The notes beneath the pieces were generated by a model. It searched no databases. It had not been told where the DNA came from and saw only the letters and a program-made list of their open reading frames with translations. A stretch of 61,064 bases of DNA, filler included. It is 4 parts of 4 records of this genome, joined end to end, with 100 filler letters (N's around TTAATTAATTAA, not from the genome) between each part and the next. Parts side by side here need not be neighbours in the genome. Positions count along the whole stretch, not along the records: positions 35,106 to 52,125 come from SRR22947725_4560; positions 52,226 to 61,064 come from SRR22947725_4569; 2 more parts are not named here. The stretch is one strand, 5' to 3'. The translations under genes were made by a program, and so were the position numbers. Shown in pieces: positions 50,584 to 61,063 of this stretch. How positions within the stretch are numbered: position 1 is the first letter of the stretch; every line of letters begins with the position of its first letter.

Positions 50584-51750
50584 ATGAATGTATCTGTCCT
50601 ACCTAGGTCCCCGTGGATGGACTCAGAGTTAACAATGGTAGAGGACTCTTGTCGGCAGTTCTATCAAAGAGATTGTTTGCCTTACTACGAAGAGTGGGAA
50701 GAACGTGGTGATGTGGGAAGAGAAACTTGGGAAAAAGCGGGTTCAATGGGACTTTTAGGGGCTATGGTTCCAGAAGAGTACGGTGGTCCTGGAGGAAGCT
50801 TTGCTTATGACGCTGTAATCGCGTATCAGGGTAATTTACTTGGTGTCGATGGTTGGGGAGGAGGATTGCACAATGCAATAGTGATACCTTATATATTAAA
50901 TTATGGGTCTGAAGATCAAAAAAAACGCTTATTACCTAAACTGGTTTCAGGAGAACTTATCGGTGCAATAGCAATGTCAGAGCCTTCCACAGGGTCTGAT
51001 CTCCAAGGTATTAAGACTACAGCCACTAAAGAAGGTAACCATTACTCAATTTCTGGTCAAAAAACCTTCATTACAAATGGAAAGTTAGCAAACTTAGTTA
51101 TAACAGTTGCTAAGACTGATCCAAGTGAAGGTGCTAGAGGTACTTCACTTTTTTTAGTTGAAACAGATGAAGTCACTGGTTTTCGACATGGAAGAAACTT
51201 GGATAAAATTGGCATGAAGTCCAACGATACTTCTGAATTATTCTATGATAGCGTAAAAGTTCCTGCTTCCAGTTTACTCGGACCGGAAGAAGGGCAAGGC
51301 TTTTATCAGCTTATGGGTGAACTACCTCAAGAGAGGCTTTTAATTGCGATTTATGCAATTGCTAGAATTGATCGAGCCTTAGGAGTTACATTAGATTATG
51401 TTAAGGAGCGAAAGGCTTTTGGTAAATCAATTTCAGAGTATCAAAATACACAATTTGAACTCGCAGAATGTAAGACAGAAGCCACGATAGGAAAGGTTTT
51501 TGTTGACCACTGTATTAGTGAACATTTGTTAGGAAAGTTAACAACTGAAATGGCCTCAATGGCGAAGTACTGGTTAACAGATTTGCAATCAAAGATAATT
51601 GACAGATGCCTTCAGCTACACGGTGGTTATGGATACATGAATGAGTATCCGATTGCACGAATGTACAGAGATAACCGTGTCGAAAGAATTTATGGTGGAA
51701 CTAACGAAATAATGAAGGTTCTAATAGCTCGAGGACTTTGGTCAAAATAA
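50584..51750 (+). CDS. Acyl-CoA dehydrogenase (LCAD-like)
   Basis: AMSEP..GSD, GQKTFITNG, QERL, QLHGGYGY and IYGGTNEI motifs. Confidence 0.93.
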   Translation: MNVSVLPRSPWMDSELTMVEDSCRQFYQRDCLPYYEEWEERGDVGRETWEKAGSMGLLGAMVPEEYGGPGGSFAYDAVIAYQGNLLGVDGWGGGLHNAIVIPYILNYGSEDQKKRLLPKLVSGELIGAIAMSEPSTGSDLQGIKTTATKEGNHYSISGQKTFITNGKLANLVITVAKTDPSEGARGTSLFLVETDEVTGFRHGRNLDKIGMKSNDTSELFYDSVKVPASSLLGPEEGQGFYQLMGELPQERLLIAIYAIARIDRALGVTLDYVKERKAFGKSISEYQNTQFELAECKTEATIGKVFVDHCISEHLLGKLTTEMASMAKYWLTDLQSKIIDRCLQLHGGYGYMNEYPIARMYRDNRVERIYGGTNEIMKVLIARGLWSK

Positions 51751-51762
51751 GCTCACATGGGC

Positions 51763-52125
51763 TTAGTTAACCAGATGGGACGAAGGTACTTGCTCTTTCA
51801 ACCAAGAAACAAACAGTAATATGTCTGGGTTAGGATTTGTATGTTGTTTTATCAAGATGTGGTAAGCTCGCGTAGGCTGTAAATCTATGTCAAATAATTT
51901 GACTAATGTACCTGCCATTACTTCTGGATCAACAAACGGAAACGAACCTAATGCAATACCTCCAGAGTCAATGGCGGCTTGTAAGGCAACGTTTGAGTCC
52001 ATTATAGTAATCCCAGTTTCCACATTTAATTCATGAAAACCGCTTAAGCCCACCCATGCTTTCCATTCTGAAAAATCATATTGATGTATAATATTAAAAT
52101 TTAACAATTCAGTAGGAGAAATATC
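51763..52125 (-). CDS. LysR-family regulator (GcvA-like), C-terminal fragment
   Basis: W..W, ALQAAI...GIAL, G.LV..F and F..WL motifs. Truncated by the spacer. Confidence 0.8.
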   Translation of the reverse strand, partial: DISPTELLNFNIIHQYDFSEWKAWVGLSGFHELNVETGITIMDSNVALQAAIDSGGIALGSFPFVDPEVMAGTLVKLFDIDLQPTRAYHILIKQHTNPNPDILLFVSWLKEQVPSSHLVN

Positions 52126-52225
52126 NNNNNNNNNNNNNNNNNNNNNNNNNNNNNNNNNNNNNNNNNNNNTTAATTAATTAANNNNNNNNNNNNNNNNNNN
52201 NNNNNNNNNNNNNNNNNNNNNNNNN
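52126..52225. other. Artificial contig spacer
   Basis: N-run/TTAATTAATTAA/N-run. Confidence 0.98.
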
Positions 52226-52226
52226 A

Positions 52227-52301
52227 ACTGGTGTTGATTTTATTTCAGTAGGTGGACTAACACATAGTGTTACTAATTTCGATTTAGGCTTGGACTTTTA
52301 A
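52227..52301 (+). CDS. nadC: Quinolinate phosphoribosyltransferase, last 24 codons
   Basis: TGVDFISVGGLTHSVTNFDLGLDF* is the typical NadC C-terminus. Confidence 0.85.
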   Translation, partial: TGVDFISVGGLTHSVTNFDLGLDF

Positions 52302-52333
52302 GTTTCACTTTTATAAATTTAGCCAATATTTTA

Positions 52334-52654
52334 TTAAATACTTGATGTAATCCAGTCAGCCAAAGCAGCTTTTGGAGCTGCACCAGTTTTATTTGCAATA
52401 GCCTGTCCATCTTTAAACAAAAATAATGCTGGAATTCCCCTTACACCCATTTGCGCAGGTGAATTTGGGTTTTCATCAACATTTATTTTCACTATTTTTA
52501 CCTTACCTTCATATTCATCGGATAGCTCTTCTAATGCAGGGCCAATTTGTTTACATGGCCCACACCACTCTGCCCAAAAATCAACTACAACAGGTATGTT
52601 TGAATTAGTTACTTCAGCTGTGAATGTATCGTCAGTTACTTTTACGGTTGCCAT
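52334..52654 (-). CDS. trxA: Thioredoxin
   Basis: [11 protein letters not shown]. Downstream of addA, as is usual in alphaproteobacteria. Confidence 0.97.
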   Translation of the reverse strand: MATVKVTDDTFTAEVTNSNIPVVVDFWAEWCGPCKQIGPALEELSDEYEGKVKIVKINVDENPNSPAQMGVRGIPALFLFKDGQAIANKTGAAPKAALADWITSSI

Positions 52655-52687
52655 TGGGCTTCTCCAGAAATTTTCGTTAAATTGAAT

Positions 52688-55600
52688 CTAAGAACGATCT
52701 ATTGAATCGTCAAGATGTAGTGATGCTTCTAATGTATTAATCGCGATGTTGTGAGGTATTTTCATAATCTCACCAGTTTTCGTCCATAAAATAGCTATTT
52801 CAATGCTAAGTTTTGGATAGATTTTTTGTAATGCAAGTAAATAAACAGCCTGTTGAGCTAGAATTCCCTTAGGTATTTCTTCAGCTGAATTGGGAATGCC
52901 TTCATTACTTTTAAAATCTATAGCTGTAATTGTATTTTCACCTATTATTAATCTATCAATATATCCAAGAATATCATTATTAAGTTGTGATATATGACTA
53001 GTTATACCAACTTCAGATAAGCTGTTTGAACCAAAAAATATATAAGACAATTTTGGATCTTCTAACAAAACAATAGCTTCTGAAATGAGAATATTTTTTT
53101 CTTTATTACTCAAGTTGTTGTTATCATTTTTTATGAAATTACCTAAAAATATATCCCATTCAGATTTAGGTATTTTAGGAAGATCTTCTAAGATTTTATG
53201 TAATATTCTCCCCATTTCTTTTGCTTCAGCTTCATACTTACTGGATGTATTTTGGAGTACTTTTTCTCCTACTAAATTTGATGGAGCTAATGCTTGATTT
53301 GGTCTATTAAGTTTTTTTGCCTTTGTCTTTAACCACTTGGGATTTGTATTTATCTCAATATCTAATTTTGGCTTATTGTCTATTGTTTGGAGATCATCCC
53401 AGTTTTCGTCTTTTAATACCAAGCCTGTGTCTTTTTGGTTAAACATATATTCTGATGCATTGAGTTCAATCATAGATTCTTTAATTATATTATACCAAGA
53501 GCTTTCCTTTTTATAATTGCCAGCACCACATACAATGAGCCAACTTTCAGCTCGTGTTAATGCAACATATAGTAGACGCATTTTCTCTTCTGATTGTTTT
53601 TCTTTTATCGTATTTTCAGTTAAATTTTGTATTTCGCTACCTTCATTACCAGTACTTCTCCAAACGGCTGTATTTTTTGAGAGTGTTATTTGTGAAGTTT
53701 GAGGTAAATTTTTATCTCCTGTATCTGGTAGAATAACTATTGGTGATTCAAGTCCTTTTGAACCATGAACAGTCATTACACGAATTTGATTTACCTTGCC
53801 CATATCGCGTTTTATTTCAACTTCGCCAGAAACAAACCATTGTAAAAAACCTGATAGAGTTGGGGCTTCTAATGTTTCATATTGTAATGATTGGGAAAGT
53901 AACTCATCGATACCATCTTCTACTTCTAAACCTAGTCTTGCTAATAATTTTTTTCGACCATTATGTTTTGTTAATATACGCTCTATTAATTCATAGGGTC
54001 GTAGATAACCAACTTGATTTCTAATATCTGTTAAAATTTCAAGGGCTTTAACATGATGATTTTGCTCCCTTAAAGACTGCCATAATGTTCCTTTCCTTTC
54101 ATAAGCAACCTTAAATAAGTCATTTTCTGATAGCCCTAGTAATGGTGAACGCATTGCTTCAGCTAATGACAAATCATCATTTGCCATATTTGCAAATTTT
54201 AAAATTGATAAAATATCTCTTACAGCTAATTCATCTCCAACATTAAGTCTGTCTGCACCTGCAACAGGAATATCCAAAGATTTTAATTCTCTTAAAATCT
54301 CTTTGAACAACGAGGATGAACTGTGTGTCTCACGACCTTGAACTAAGATTAATATATCACCTGGAGTAATTTTTCTAAAACTATTATCTACATTTATTGT
54401 TTGATTACTTTGAAGTAATTCTTTGATATTTTGTGAAATGAGGCGCGCAAGCTCTTTTTTAGGATCATTTGGTGCGGGCATATCAATAGGCCTATACCAT
54501 ACTTCTTTTTCTGGGTGACTTTGCTTCTCAATAAATGGCCAAAGATCTACTCTTCCTGGTTTAGAATTATGGAAAGCTTTATGCCTGGACTTTGGACGCT
54601 TTTCATTAGCAAAAATTTGATCAACTAATTTTAATATTTGTGGTGCTGAGCGAAAGGAATGTAGTAATTCACAATTTTCCATATTTTGATTTATATGCTG
54701 TAATAAGTTTGTAAATTCAGATTTTTTTTCGCTAAATATATCTGGATCGGCGCCCTGAAAAGAATAAATAGATTGCTTCTCATCACCAACTATAAATAGG
54801 CTTCTTGGTCTATCATTAGCCGAGATACCATATGTAAACTCACGAGCTAGACAATCTATTACAGCCCATTGAGCGGGGCTGGTGTCTTGAGCTTCATCTA
54901 CTAAAATGTGATCTAAACCACCATCTAGTCTGTATAATACCCATTGAGCCATTGAGCTAGAAGTCAGCAATTTTGAAGAAAGATTAATTAAATCATCATA
55001 ATCAAGAAACGCATTAAAAGCCTTTCTCTTATCATATGCTTTTAGAAAAGAACGTGCAAAACTATGTAATACTAGTGATCGATTGTATGCATTAATAGCC
55101 AAGCGACTTCTGCGTGCAGTTTCAATATCTTTAGATATTATCAATTGTGCTTTGTACAAGGGGTTAGATTTAGGAATTAATTTTAACGTAGCAATATTTT
55201 CTTTAGCTGAATATGAACCTGCTTTTGCTACTTTTCCATTTAAGAAAACTTTTTCTAATGTTTTGAGTTTTATATTATTTGAAGTAGTTAAAAAATATTC
55301 TTTTAGTTTATCTGCTGCTTTTATGTCATTTTTTGAGCCAGTTTCTAAAGTTGTCATTAATACTTTTATTATATCTTCATGTTTGCTGATTGTTTGATCA
55401 AACATTTTCTCAAGCGAAATATCTTCAGAAATACCAAAGTTTTTGCGTGTTGGTTTAACGTTAAAGCCTGTTCTTTTTTTTACAATTTCATTTGTTAAAT
55501 CATCCGTATCAAGACGTGTAAAATGTTTGGCTAACATGTCAATTTCTGAAGTGTCAGATTGTTGAGCCATTTTTTCAACGACTTCTATTCGTAATTGTTT

Positions 55601-56062
55601 TGCCTGACGCTCCTCCAGCATATTAAATTGAGGTGATACACCAGCTTCTAATGGGAAGCGTCGTAATAATGCATCACAAAATGAGTGAATTGTTTGAACT
55701 TTTAACCCACCTGGTGTTTCAAGAGCAGCTGCAAATAAAGTTCGAGCTTGTTTAATTTTACTTGGGCTTAAAATACTATCGTTTTCACCTAAATTTTTTA
55801 ATTCTGCTCTTAGCTCTTTGTCAGGCAACATTGCCCATTGACCTAGACGTTTAAATAAACGGTTTTGCATTTCAGCTGCGGCTGCCTTTGTATAAGTGAG
55901 GCATAAAATCTTTTGTGGATCTGTGCTGTTTAGTAATAATCTAGCAACTCTATCAGTTAAAACTCTTGTTTTACCTGAGCCAGCATTTGCTGATACCCAT
56001 GTATTTTTGGTTGGGTCAGCAGCAAATATTTGTGCTAATGTTGCTTCATTAAAACTTGTCAT
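52688..56062 (-). CDS. addA: Double-strand break repair helicase-nuclease AddA
   Basis: ANAGSGKT, TIHSFC, DEAQD, TVHGSKGLE, YVALTRA and nuclease IDRL...IDFKS motifs. Confidence 0.96.
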   Translation of the reverse strand: MTSFNEATLAQIFAADPTKNTWVSANAGSGKTRVLTDRVARLLLNSTDPQKILCLTYTKAAAAEMQNRLFKRLGQWAMLPDKELRAELKNLGENDSILSPSKIKQARTLFAAALETPGGLKVQTIHSFCDALLRRFPLEAGVSPQFNMLEERQAKQLRIEVVEKMAQQSDTSEIDMLAKHFTRLDTDDLTNEIVKKRTGFNVKPTRKNFGISEDISLEKMFDQTISKHEDIIKVLMTTLETGSKNDIKAADKLKEYFLTTSNNIKLKTLEKVFLNGKVAKAGSYSAKENIATLKLIPKSNPLYKAQLIISKDIETARRSRLAINAYNRSLVLHSFARSFLKAYDKRKAFNAFLDYDDLINLSSKLLTSSSMAQWVLYRLDGGLDHILVDEAQDTSPAQWAVIDCLAREFTYGISANDRPRSLFIVGDEKQSIYSFQGADPDIFSEKKSEFTNLLQHINQNMENCELLHSFRSAPQILKLVDQIFANEKRPKSRHKAFHNSKPGRVDLWPFIEKQSHPEKEVWYRPIDMPAPNDPKKELARLISQNIKELLQSNQTINVDNSFRKITPGDILILVQGRETHSSSSLFKEILRELKSLDIPVAGADRLNVGDELAVRDILSILKFANMANDDLSLAEAMRSPLLGLSENDLFKVAYERKGTLWQSLREQNHHVKALEILTDIRNQVGYLRPYELIERILTKHNGRKKLLARLGLEVEDGIDELLSQSLQYETLEAPTLSGFLQWFVSGEVEIKRDMGKVNQIRVMTVHGSKGLESPIVILPDTGDKNLPQTSQITLSKNTAVWRSTGNEGSEIQNLTENTIKEKQSEEKMRLLYVALTRAESWLIVCGAGNYKKESSWYNIIKESMIELNASEYMFNQKDTGLVLKDENWDDLQTIDNKPKLDIEINTNPKWLKTKAKKLNRPNQALAPSNLVGEKVLQNTSSKYEAEAKEMGRILHKILEDLPKIPKSEWDIFLGNFIKNDNNNLSNKEKNILISEAIVLLEDPKLSYIFFGSNSLSEVGITSHISQLNNDILGYIDRLIIGENTITAIDFKSNEGIPNSAEEIPKGILAQQAVYLLALQKIYPKLSIEIAILWTKTGEIMKIPHNIAINTLEASLHLDDSIDRS

Positions 56063-59013
56063 TTAACAACTTTCGGAATTGGCTTATCACTATCTTGCCA
56101 TTCGCCTTTACGTGATAATTGATCATAATCTGATATGTGATTTAGAAATTGAATTTTATCTCTAGCAGTAAACCCTTTCTGAGGATTATTATAAGCTAAA
56201 ATTAAACTTCTAAAATCTTTTAATATTTCATTCAGTTCTTGAGCATCAATATGAACAGATTGTTTTTTTAACTCTGGCCCTAAGCTTATATATTCTAAAT
56301 GTTCAATTGATTGTTTCTGAATTTTATTAAATCCATTATGAAATGCAATCATTGCTTCTAATTGTAATTGTTTATCAAAATATTCAATATCACCTAAAGA
56401 TGGGGGCTTACTAGCTTTGTAATCATATAGGCGAAGTCCATTCTTACCTTGGTCAATACGATCTGCTTTTGCCGTTAATTTAAAGTATAAATCTTGAAAA
56501 TCCATTTCTCCCTTACGTTCAAGTGCTACGTTTACACCCTTGATACGACGCTCAATTTCTTGATTTATAAAGGAAGATGAAATAGCTTGCATTCTAGCAA
56601 GCCATAAACGTTGAGCAGCTGGCCATGGAACTTCTTTTTTTAAAACTTCATCAGCGATTTTGATAAATAAATCTGATGCATCATCAGGTAATTCATTTTT
56701 AGTTTGTTTTATAAACTCTTCTAAAATTGTGTGAATAATATTCCCACGTTCAATTGCATCAGCTTGTTTTCCCAGCGGCTCTAATTTTTTTAATTTTAAA
56801 ATAACTGATGCGTAAATTTTATATGGATCACGAATTAAGTCTTTAATTTGGGTTACTGATAATTTTTTCAACCGTGCGTTTATTGGGGGAATTGGTGAAG
56901 GGCGTTTTTCCAGAGGAATTTTTTTATCTATTTCAACTTTATCTAAATTTCGAGCTAAAGCTAACCAATAGTCACCTCTATTGCGCATATTACTTAATGC
57001 AGCAGGTCCCTCACTTTTAAGCCCTTCCATTAAATTAGTAATTCTTATTATCCAACGCGATGGTGTTGAAGGTGTATCTCCGTCTCTTAATGAACGTGAT
57101 AAAACAACATTACTTGCAGATATAGCTTGTTGAAAATCATGTGCTGACAGACCTATACGCCTTTCTGGCAAAAGTAGTGATAATTGCTTGCGCATGTCAC
57201 GATTAAGCCACATATCGTGACTAGACTTTGTTGGCCATGTGTCTTCATTTAGTCCACCGAGAATAACTAAATCTTTTGATTGCACCCTTGCTTCTAGTGT
57301 GCCCCAAATTGAAATTAATGGACTTGCAGATTGTTTTTCTGATCGCAACTCTTGAGACAATATGGATCTCAAAAATGCATTAAATTCTATATTTGACATT
57401 AATCCGCTAGAGGCTGATTGGTTTGCTAACTGATCTAAAGTATTTAAAGCAGCAATCCCTGAATCTTTTTCCCAAACTGTACCGTTATTATTATTCTCAG
57501 GATTATCAGATAGTATTTCAGCTGTTTTTTTTAATAAATTAAGCCAGTCAGATAGCTCCATTTCTTTTACGTATTGTAATGGCTGGAAAATAGTTGAAAG
57601 CCATTTAATCCAAACTATTTTGTCAGTATCTTTTGTGGCCCAATTTGATAAAAGCTCAAAGTCAATGAATGGTGGCCCTCCACGTAACATTTTTGTACCA
57701 TTAAATTGGCCTACTTCTATTTCCATAACCATCAAATTATGAAGGTTTCTACCATTAGCAGAATGGGTTAATGGATGCTTTAATAAGGCTAAAAAATCAT
57801 GTGTTAATATAGAATTACCAAAACATTGAGCTATGGATCTAAGGAATATGCCTGTAGTCGACAACTGAAGAGGAGTGCCAGCTGAGTCATCTGCTTCAAT
57901 ATCCCATCTTGAAAGATTTGCGTTAACTCGCCTGGTTAAATTACGACTTGGGGATATAAGAACGGCTTCTTGCCCTTGTTCAGTAGCGTAACGTAATCGA
58001 GTTGCAATTGTGAGAGCTTCCTCCTTAATTGTGTCTGCTTCAATTAATTCAAGGTTCTGTGTAGCTTTGTTTAAATATGGTTTTAATGATGGGCCATATT
58101 CCAGCCACTGATTGGTTATTGGTGCGGGCCTCAGTGCTAATGATATTAATTTATTCCGATCAACATTTCTTATATTTGTTTTATGCCATTCATCAACATC
58201 ATTAAAATCTATATTTAAAAAATTAAATAATTTTGCAAACCCAGCCTGTGGATGATCTAAAGTAAACTTCTTTTTTTTAAATGATACCCATATATCTTTT
58301 GGTAATTCATCATCTATTCCTGGCAAAATAACTGCACCGTTTGGAAGCTTAGCAACTGCCTTCATAAATAATGCAGTTGCTCCCCTAGAGCCTGTTGATC
58401 CTGCTATTAAAATTGTTTGATTTGTTGGGATCCTATCCCAATGATTAGCATATGTTTCTACCACGTGCCGCATACGATCTTGAGGGTCTGTTAGTGAATT
58501 TTGCTCCCAATGATTTGCTAAAATTGAAAGAAATTTTTTGCTTCTATCCCAGTGAGCTGAATGTTCACCAACGTCCAAATTCATGACGTTTGCCATATCA
58601 ACCCCTTCACCTTGTGCTTCATCCATTAAAGCTTCTAAACTTTGGGCTAAATCATATGTTGCTGAAACAGGTGCTAAATCTGGTTCAGCCAGTAAGAGTT
58701 TTCGAATTAATTGACCCAGACTGATCATGCGCTGATGTGTGGGTGCTGGTGTAGGTAAATTGCAAAGCTTTAGTGGGTCTTCAGAAAGGTCAGCAATTAA
58801 ATGAAATTCAGGAAGTAAACTAGGACCTGACTTTACAAACAACTCTTTAAGTTTTCGTTCTGCTCTTCTTGTATTAACAAATATAATTATACGGGCTAAT
58901 TCATGAGGTTGCTTACCAATTAAACGCTGTTTTAAACCGTCTAAAAATACTTGAGAAAAATCTATACCAATAGGTAATTTAAAAACTCTTGATTTTTTTG
59001 TTGGGTCAAACAT
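56059..59013 (-). CDS. addB: Double-strand break repair protein AddB
   Basis: AGSTGS, GGLNE, RDPY, nuclease ADRID...DYK and terminal YD.L.R..EW motifs. Overlaps addA. Confidence 0.95.
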   Translation of the reverse strand: MFDPTKKSRVFKLPIGIDFSQVFLDGLKQRLIGKQPHELARIIIFVNTRRAERKLKELFVKSGPSLLPEFHLIADLSEDPLKLCNLPTPAPTHQRMISLGQLIRKLLLAEPDLAPVSATYDLAQSLEALMDEAQGEGVDMANVMNLDVGEHSAHWDRSKKFLSILANHWEQNSLTDPQDRMRHVVETYANHWDRIPTNQTILIAGSTGSRGATALFMKAVAKLPNGAVILPGIDDELPKDIWVSFKKKKFTLDHPQAGFAKLFNFLNIDFNDVDEWHKTNIRNVDRNKLISLALRPAPITNQWLEYGPSLKPYLNKATQNLELIEADTIKEEALTIATRLRYATEQGQEAVLISPSRNLTRRVNANLSRWDIEADDSAGTPLQLSTTGIFLRSIAQCFGNSILTHDFLALLKHPLTHSANGRNLHNLMVMEIEVGQFNGTKMLRGGPPFIDFELLSNWATKDTDKIVWIKWLSTIFQPLQYVKEMELSDWLNLLKKTAEILSDNPENNNNGTVWEKDSGIAALNTLDQLANQSASSGLMSNIEFNAFLRSILSQELRSEKQSASPLISIWGTLEARVQSKDLVILGGLNEDTWPTKSSHDMWLNRDMRKQLSLLLPERRIGLSAHDFQQAISASNVVLSRSLRDGDTPSTPSRWIIRITNLMEGLKSEGPAALSNMRNRGDYWLALARNLDKVEIDKKIPLEKRPSPIPPINARLKKLSVTQIKDLIRDPYKIYASVILKLKKLEPLGKQADAIERGNIIHTILEEFIKQTKNELPDDASDLFIKIADEVLKKEVPWPAAQRLWLARMQAISSSFINQEIERRIKGVNVALERKGEMDFQDLYFKLTAKADRIDQGKNGLRLYDYKASKPPSLGDIEYFDKQLQLEAMIAFHNGFNKIQKQSIEHLEYISLGPELKKQSVHIDAQELNEILKDFRSLILAYNNPQKGFTARDKIQFLNHISDYDQLSRKGEWQDSDKPIPKVVK

Positions 59014-59713
59014 TTTTTATATTTAACAACTTATTTGTAGCTACATTTATGCCTTCAGGATGACCAACATCTACCCAAGTGCCATCATAAACAATACCAA
59101 ATGCTTTTTTATTATCTAAAATTTTATCCCAGAGTAAATTTATAGAAAAACTTTTTTTATTAATATTTTTTAGTAAATCAGTTTTTATGATTTGAACTCC
59201 TGAGTAAACGTAAGGTGCATTTGTATGTTTTTTGCGACGTGTCAAACGTTTTGTATTATCTAAATAAAAATCACCAGTTTTTTGATAAGCCTGAGCATTT
59301 TCAGTTTGGATAAGCATTAAAAGAGCGTCCATTTCTTGGGGATCCCAAGCTTTAAGTAGTGACTTTATTGGATTATTTCCAATCCAAACTGTATCAGAAT
59401 TTAGTGTAATAACGGGCTCTTCACCAAGTACTGGTAAGGCATTTTTTAATCCACCGCCTGTTTCAAGTATAGTAGGTATTTCTCGAATTATTTTAATTTT
59501 TTTAAACTTAGCTAAATGATCTTCGATTTGCTCTGGAAGATAATGTAAATTTACAACAATATTTTGAATATTGGCATTTAAAGAAATATCAATAGCATAA
59601 TCTATCAATGGTTTATTCAATATCGGAACCATAGGCTTGGGTGTTACTTTTGTAATTTCTCCCATCCTTGTGCCAAAGCCTGCACAAAATATTAACACAC
59701 TATTAATACTCAT
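59006..59713 (-). CDS. murU: Nucleotidyltransferase (MurU-like)
   Basis: AGFGTRM...PKP, ETGGG and W.DVG.P motifs. Lies between amgK and addB. Confidence 0.85.
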   Translation of the reverse strand: MSINSVLIFCAGFGTRMGEITKVTPKPMVPILNKPLIDYAIDISLNANIQNIVVNLHYLPEQIEDHLAKFKKIKIIREIPTILETGGGLKNALPVLGEEPVITLNSDTVWIGNNPIKSLLKAWDPQEMDALLMLIQTENAQAYQKTGDFYLDNTKRLTRRKKHTNAPYVYSGVQIIKTDLLKNINKKSFSINLLWDKILDNKKAFGIVYDGTWVDVGHPEGINVATNKLLNIKNV

Positions 59714-60717
59714 GTAATGTTCTTTAATTTATGGCGTATTGTGATATTCGGCGGTGGTACATTTATATTTATCCATTTCTTTAATTCTAAACATTCAGAA
59801 TGATTTAAATTATTCATTAAATGTTTCCAGACACGTGGTATTAAATTTATATACTCTGATTTTTTATCACGAACTGATAATCGTGCAAAAATTCCCATAA
59901 TTTTTATATTTCTTTGAGCCCCTAGTAAATTATAAGCTGATATAAATTCTTCAGAGTTAATATTTGATTTTGATAAATATCTTTTAAACATTTTGTCTTG
60001 TAGTTCTCGTGTTGTATCACGCCTAGCATCCTCTAAAAGTGAAACTAAATCATAAGCTGGGTGACCTACTAAAGCATCTTGATAGTCTAAAAGACCTACC
60101 TTGTTTACATTTAAACGTTTAGGCAACCATATAAGATTTTCTGCGTGATAATCACGCATAACTAAAACAGGATTTTTAGATGGTATTTTTGAAAAAGTTG
60201 TATTCAAAATAATGTCAAATTCTTTAATTATTTCTTTAGAAATAGGTCTACCTAATGCAAAAGGTAAGTACCATTCTATTAGAAGTTTAGCCTCTCTAAC
60301 ATAAACCTTTAGATCATATTTTGATAAGCTAGGGGGCGTTGGCTTTTCATGTAAATATAATAATAAATCAACTGCAGCACTGTAGATTAAATTTTCCATT
60401 TCTGGAGATTTTTTGCATATACTTGCAAAAAGATCATTTCCTAAATCCTCAAGTAATAAAAATCCATTTTGTATATCTTGATGATAAATTACGGGTGCAG
60501 ATAAATTTAAGTCATTTAATATATTTGTGACGGTGATAAACGGTCTCACGTCTTCACCTGTAGCGTAAGGCGCATTCATTAAAATGGCACAGTTTGAATC
60601 TAAAGATAATCGTTCATACGTTCTTCCCGAAGCATCAGATGCTAAAGGTATTCTCGTTGCTTTTTTCCAATTCGTTTTAGATAAAAAAGATTGCAATAAA
60701 TGCTCACGGCTTTCCAT
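59710..60717 (-). CDS. amgK: Aminoglycoside-phosphotransferase-family sugar kinase (AmgK-like)
   Basis: DAS.R.Y.R, LEDLG, RDYHAENL and LDYQDA motifs. Confidence 0.85.
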   Translation of the reverse strand: MESREHLLQSFLSKTNWKKATRIPLASDASGRTYERLSLDSNCAILMNAPYATGEDVRPFITVTNILNDLNLSAPVIYHQDIQNGFLLLEDLGNDLFASICKKSPEMENLIYSAAVDLLLYLHEKPTPPSLSKYDLKVYVREAKLLIEWYLPFALGRPISKEIIKEFDIILNTTFSKIPSKNPVLVMRDYHAENLIWLPKRLNVNKVGLLDYQDALVGHPAYDLVSLLEDARRDTTRELQDKMFKRYLSKSNINSEEFISAYNLLGAQRNIKIMGIFARLSVRDKKSEYINLIPRVWKHLMNNLNHSECLELKKWININVPPPNITIRHKLKNIT

Positions 60718-61063
60718 TATTAAATACCTCAAGAGCAGCTGTAATAATAGGGTTCCACATTGCATCATCCCAGGATAAAGTTATTTCTCTGTAATCTTCT
60801 TCTGTAATATTAAAATTCAATGATAATGCATTTTTTGGAAGGAGTTCACCCAACCTTTCAGGCCATTCCAATAAACAAATAGCTGTATCAAATGCCGTGT
60901 CTAAACCTAACTCGTAAATTTCAGATAAATTTGATAACCTATATAGATCGGCATGCCATATATCTACATCGCTTAATTCATATGTTTGAACTAGAGTGAA
61001 GGTTGGACTTGGGATATCTTCGAGAGCATCTATATTATTTAAACAAGTTGAAATTAATTCACG
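60704..61063 (-). CDS. tsaE: tRNA threonylcarbamoyladenosine biosynthesis ATPase TsaE, 5'-truncated, not in ORF track
   Basis: Translation gives IPSPTFTLVQTY, HADLYRL and EWPE. TGA stop at 60706-60704. Confidence 0.93.
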   Translation of the reverse strand, partial: RELISTCLNNIDALEDIPSPTFTLVQTYELSDVDIWHADLYRLSNLSEIYELGLDTAFDTAICLLEWPERLGELLPKNALSLNFNITEEDYREITLSWDDAMWNPIITAALEVFNNGKP

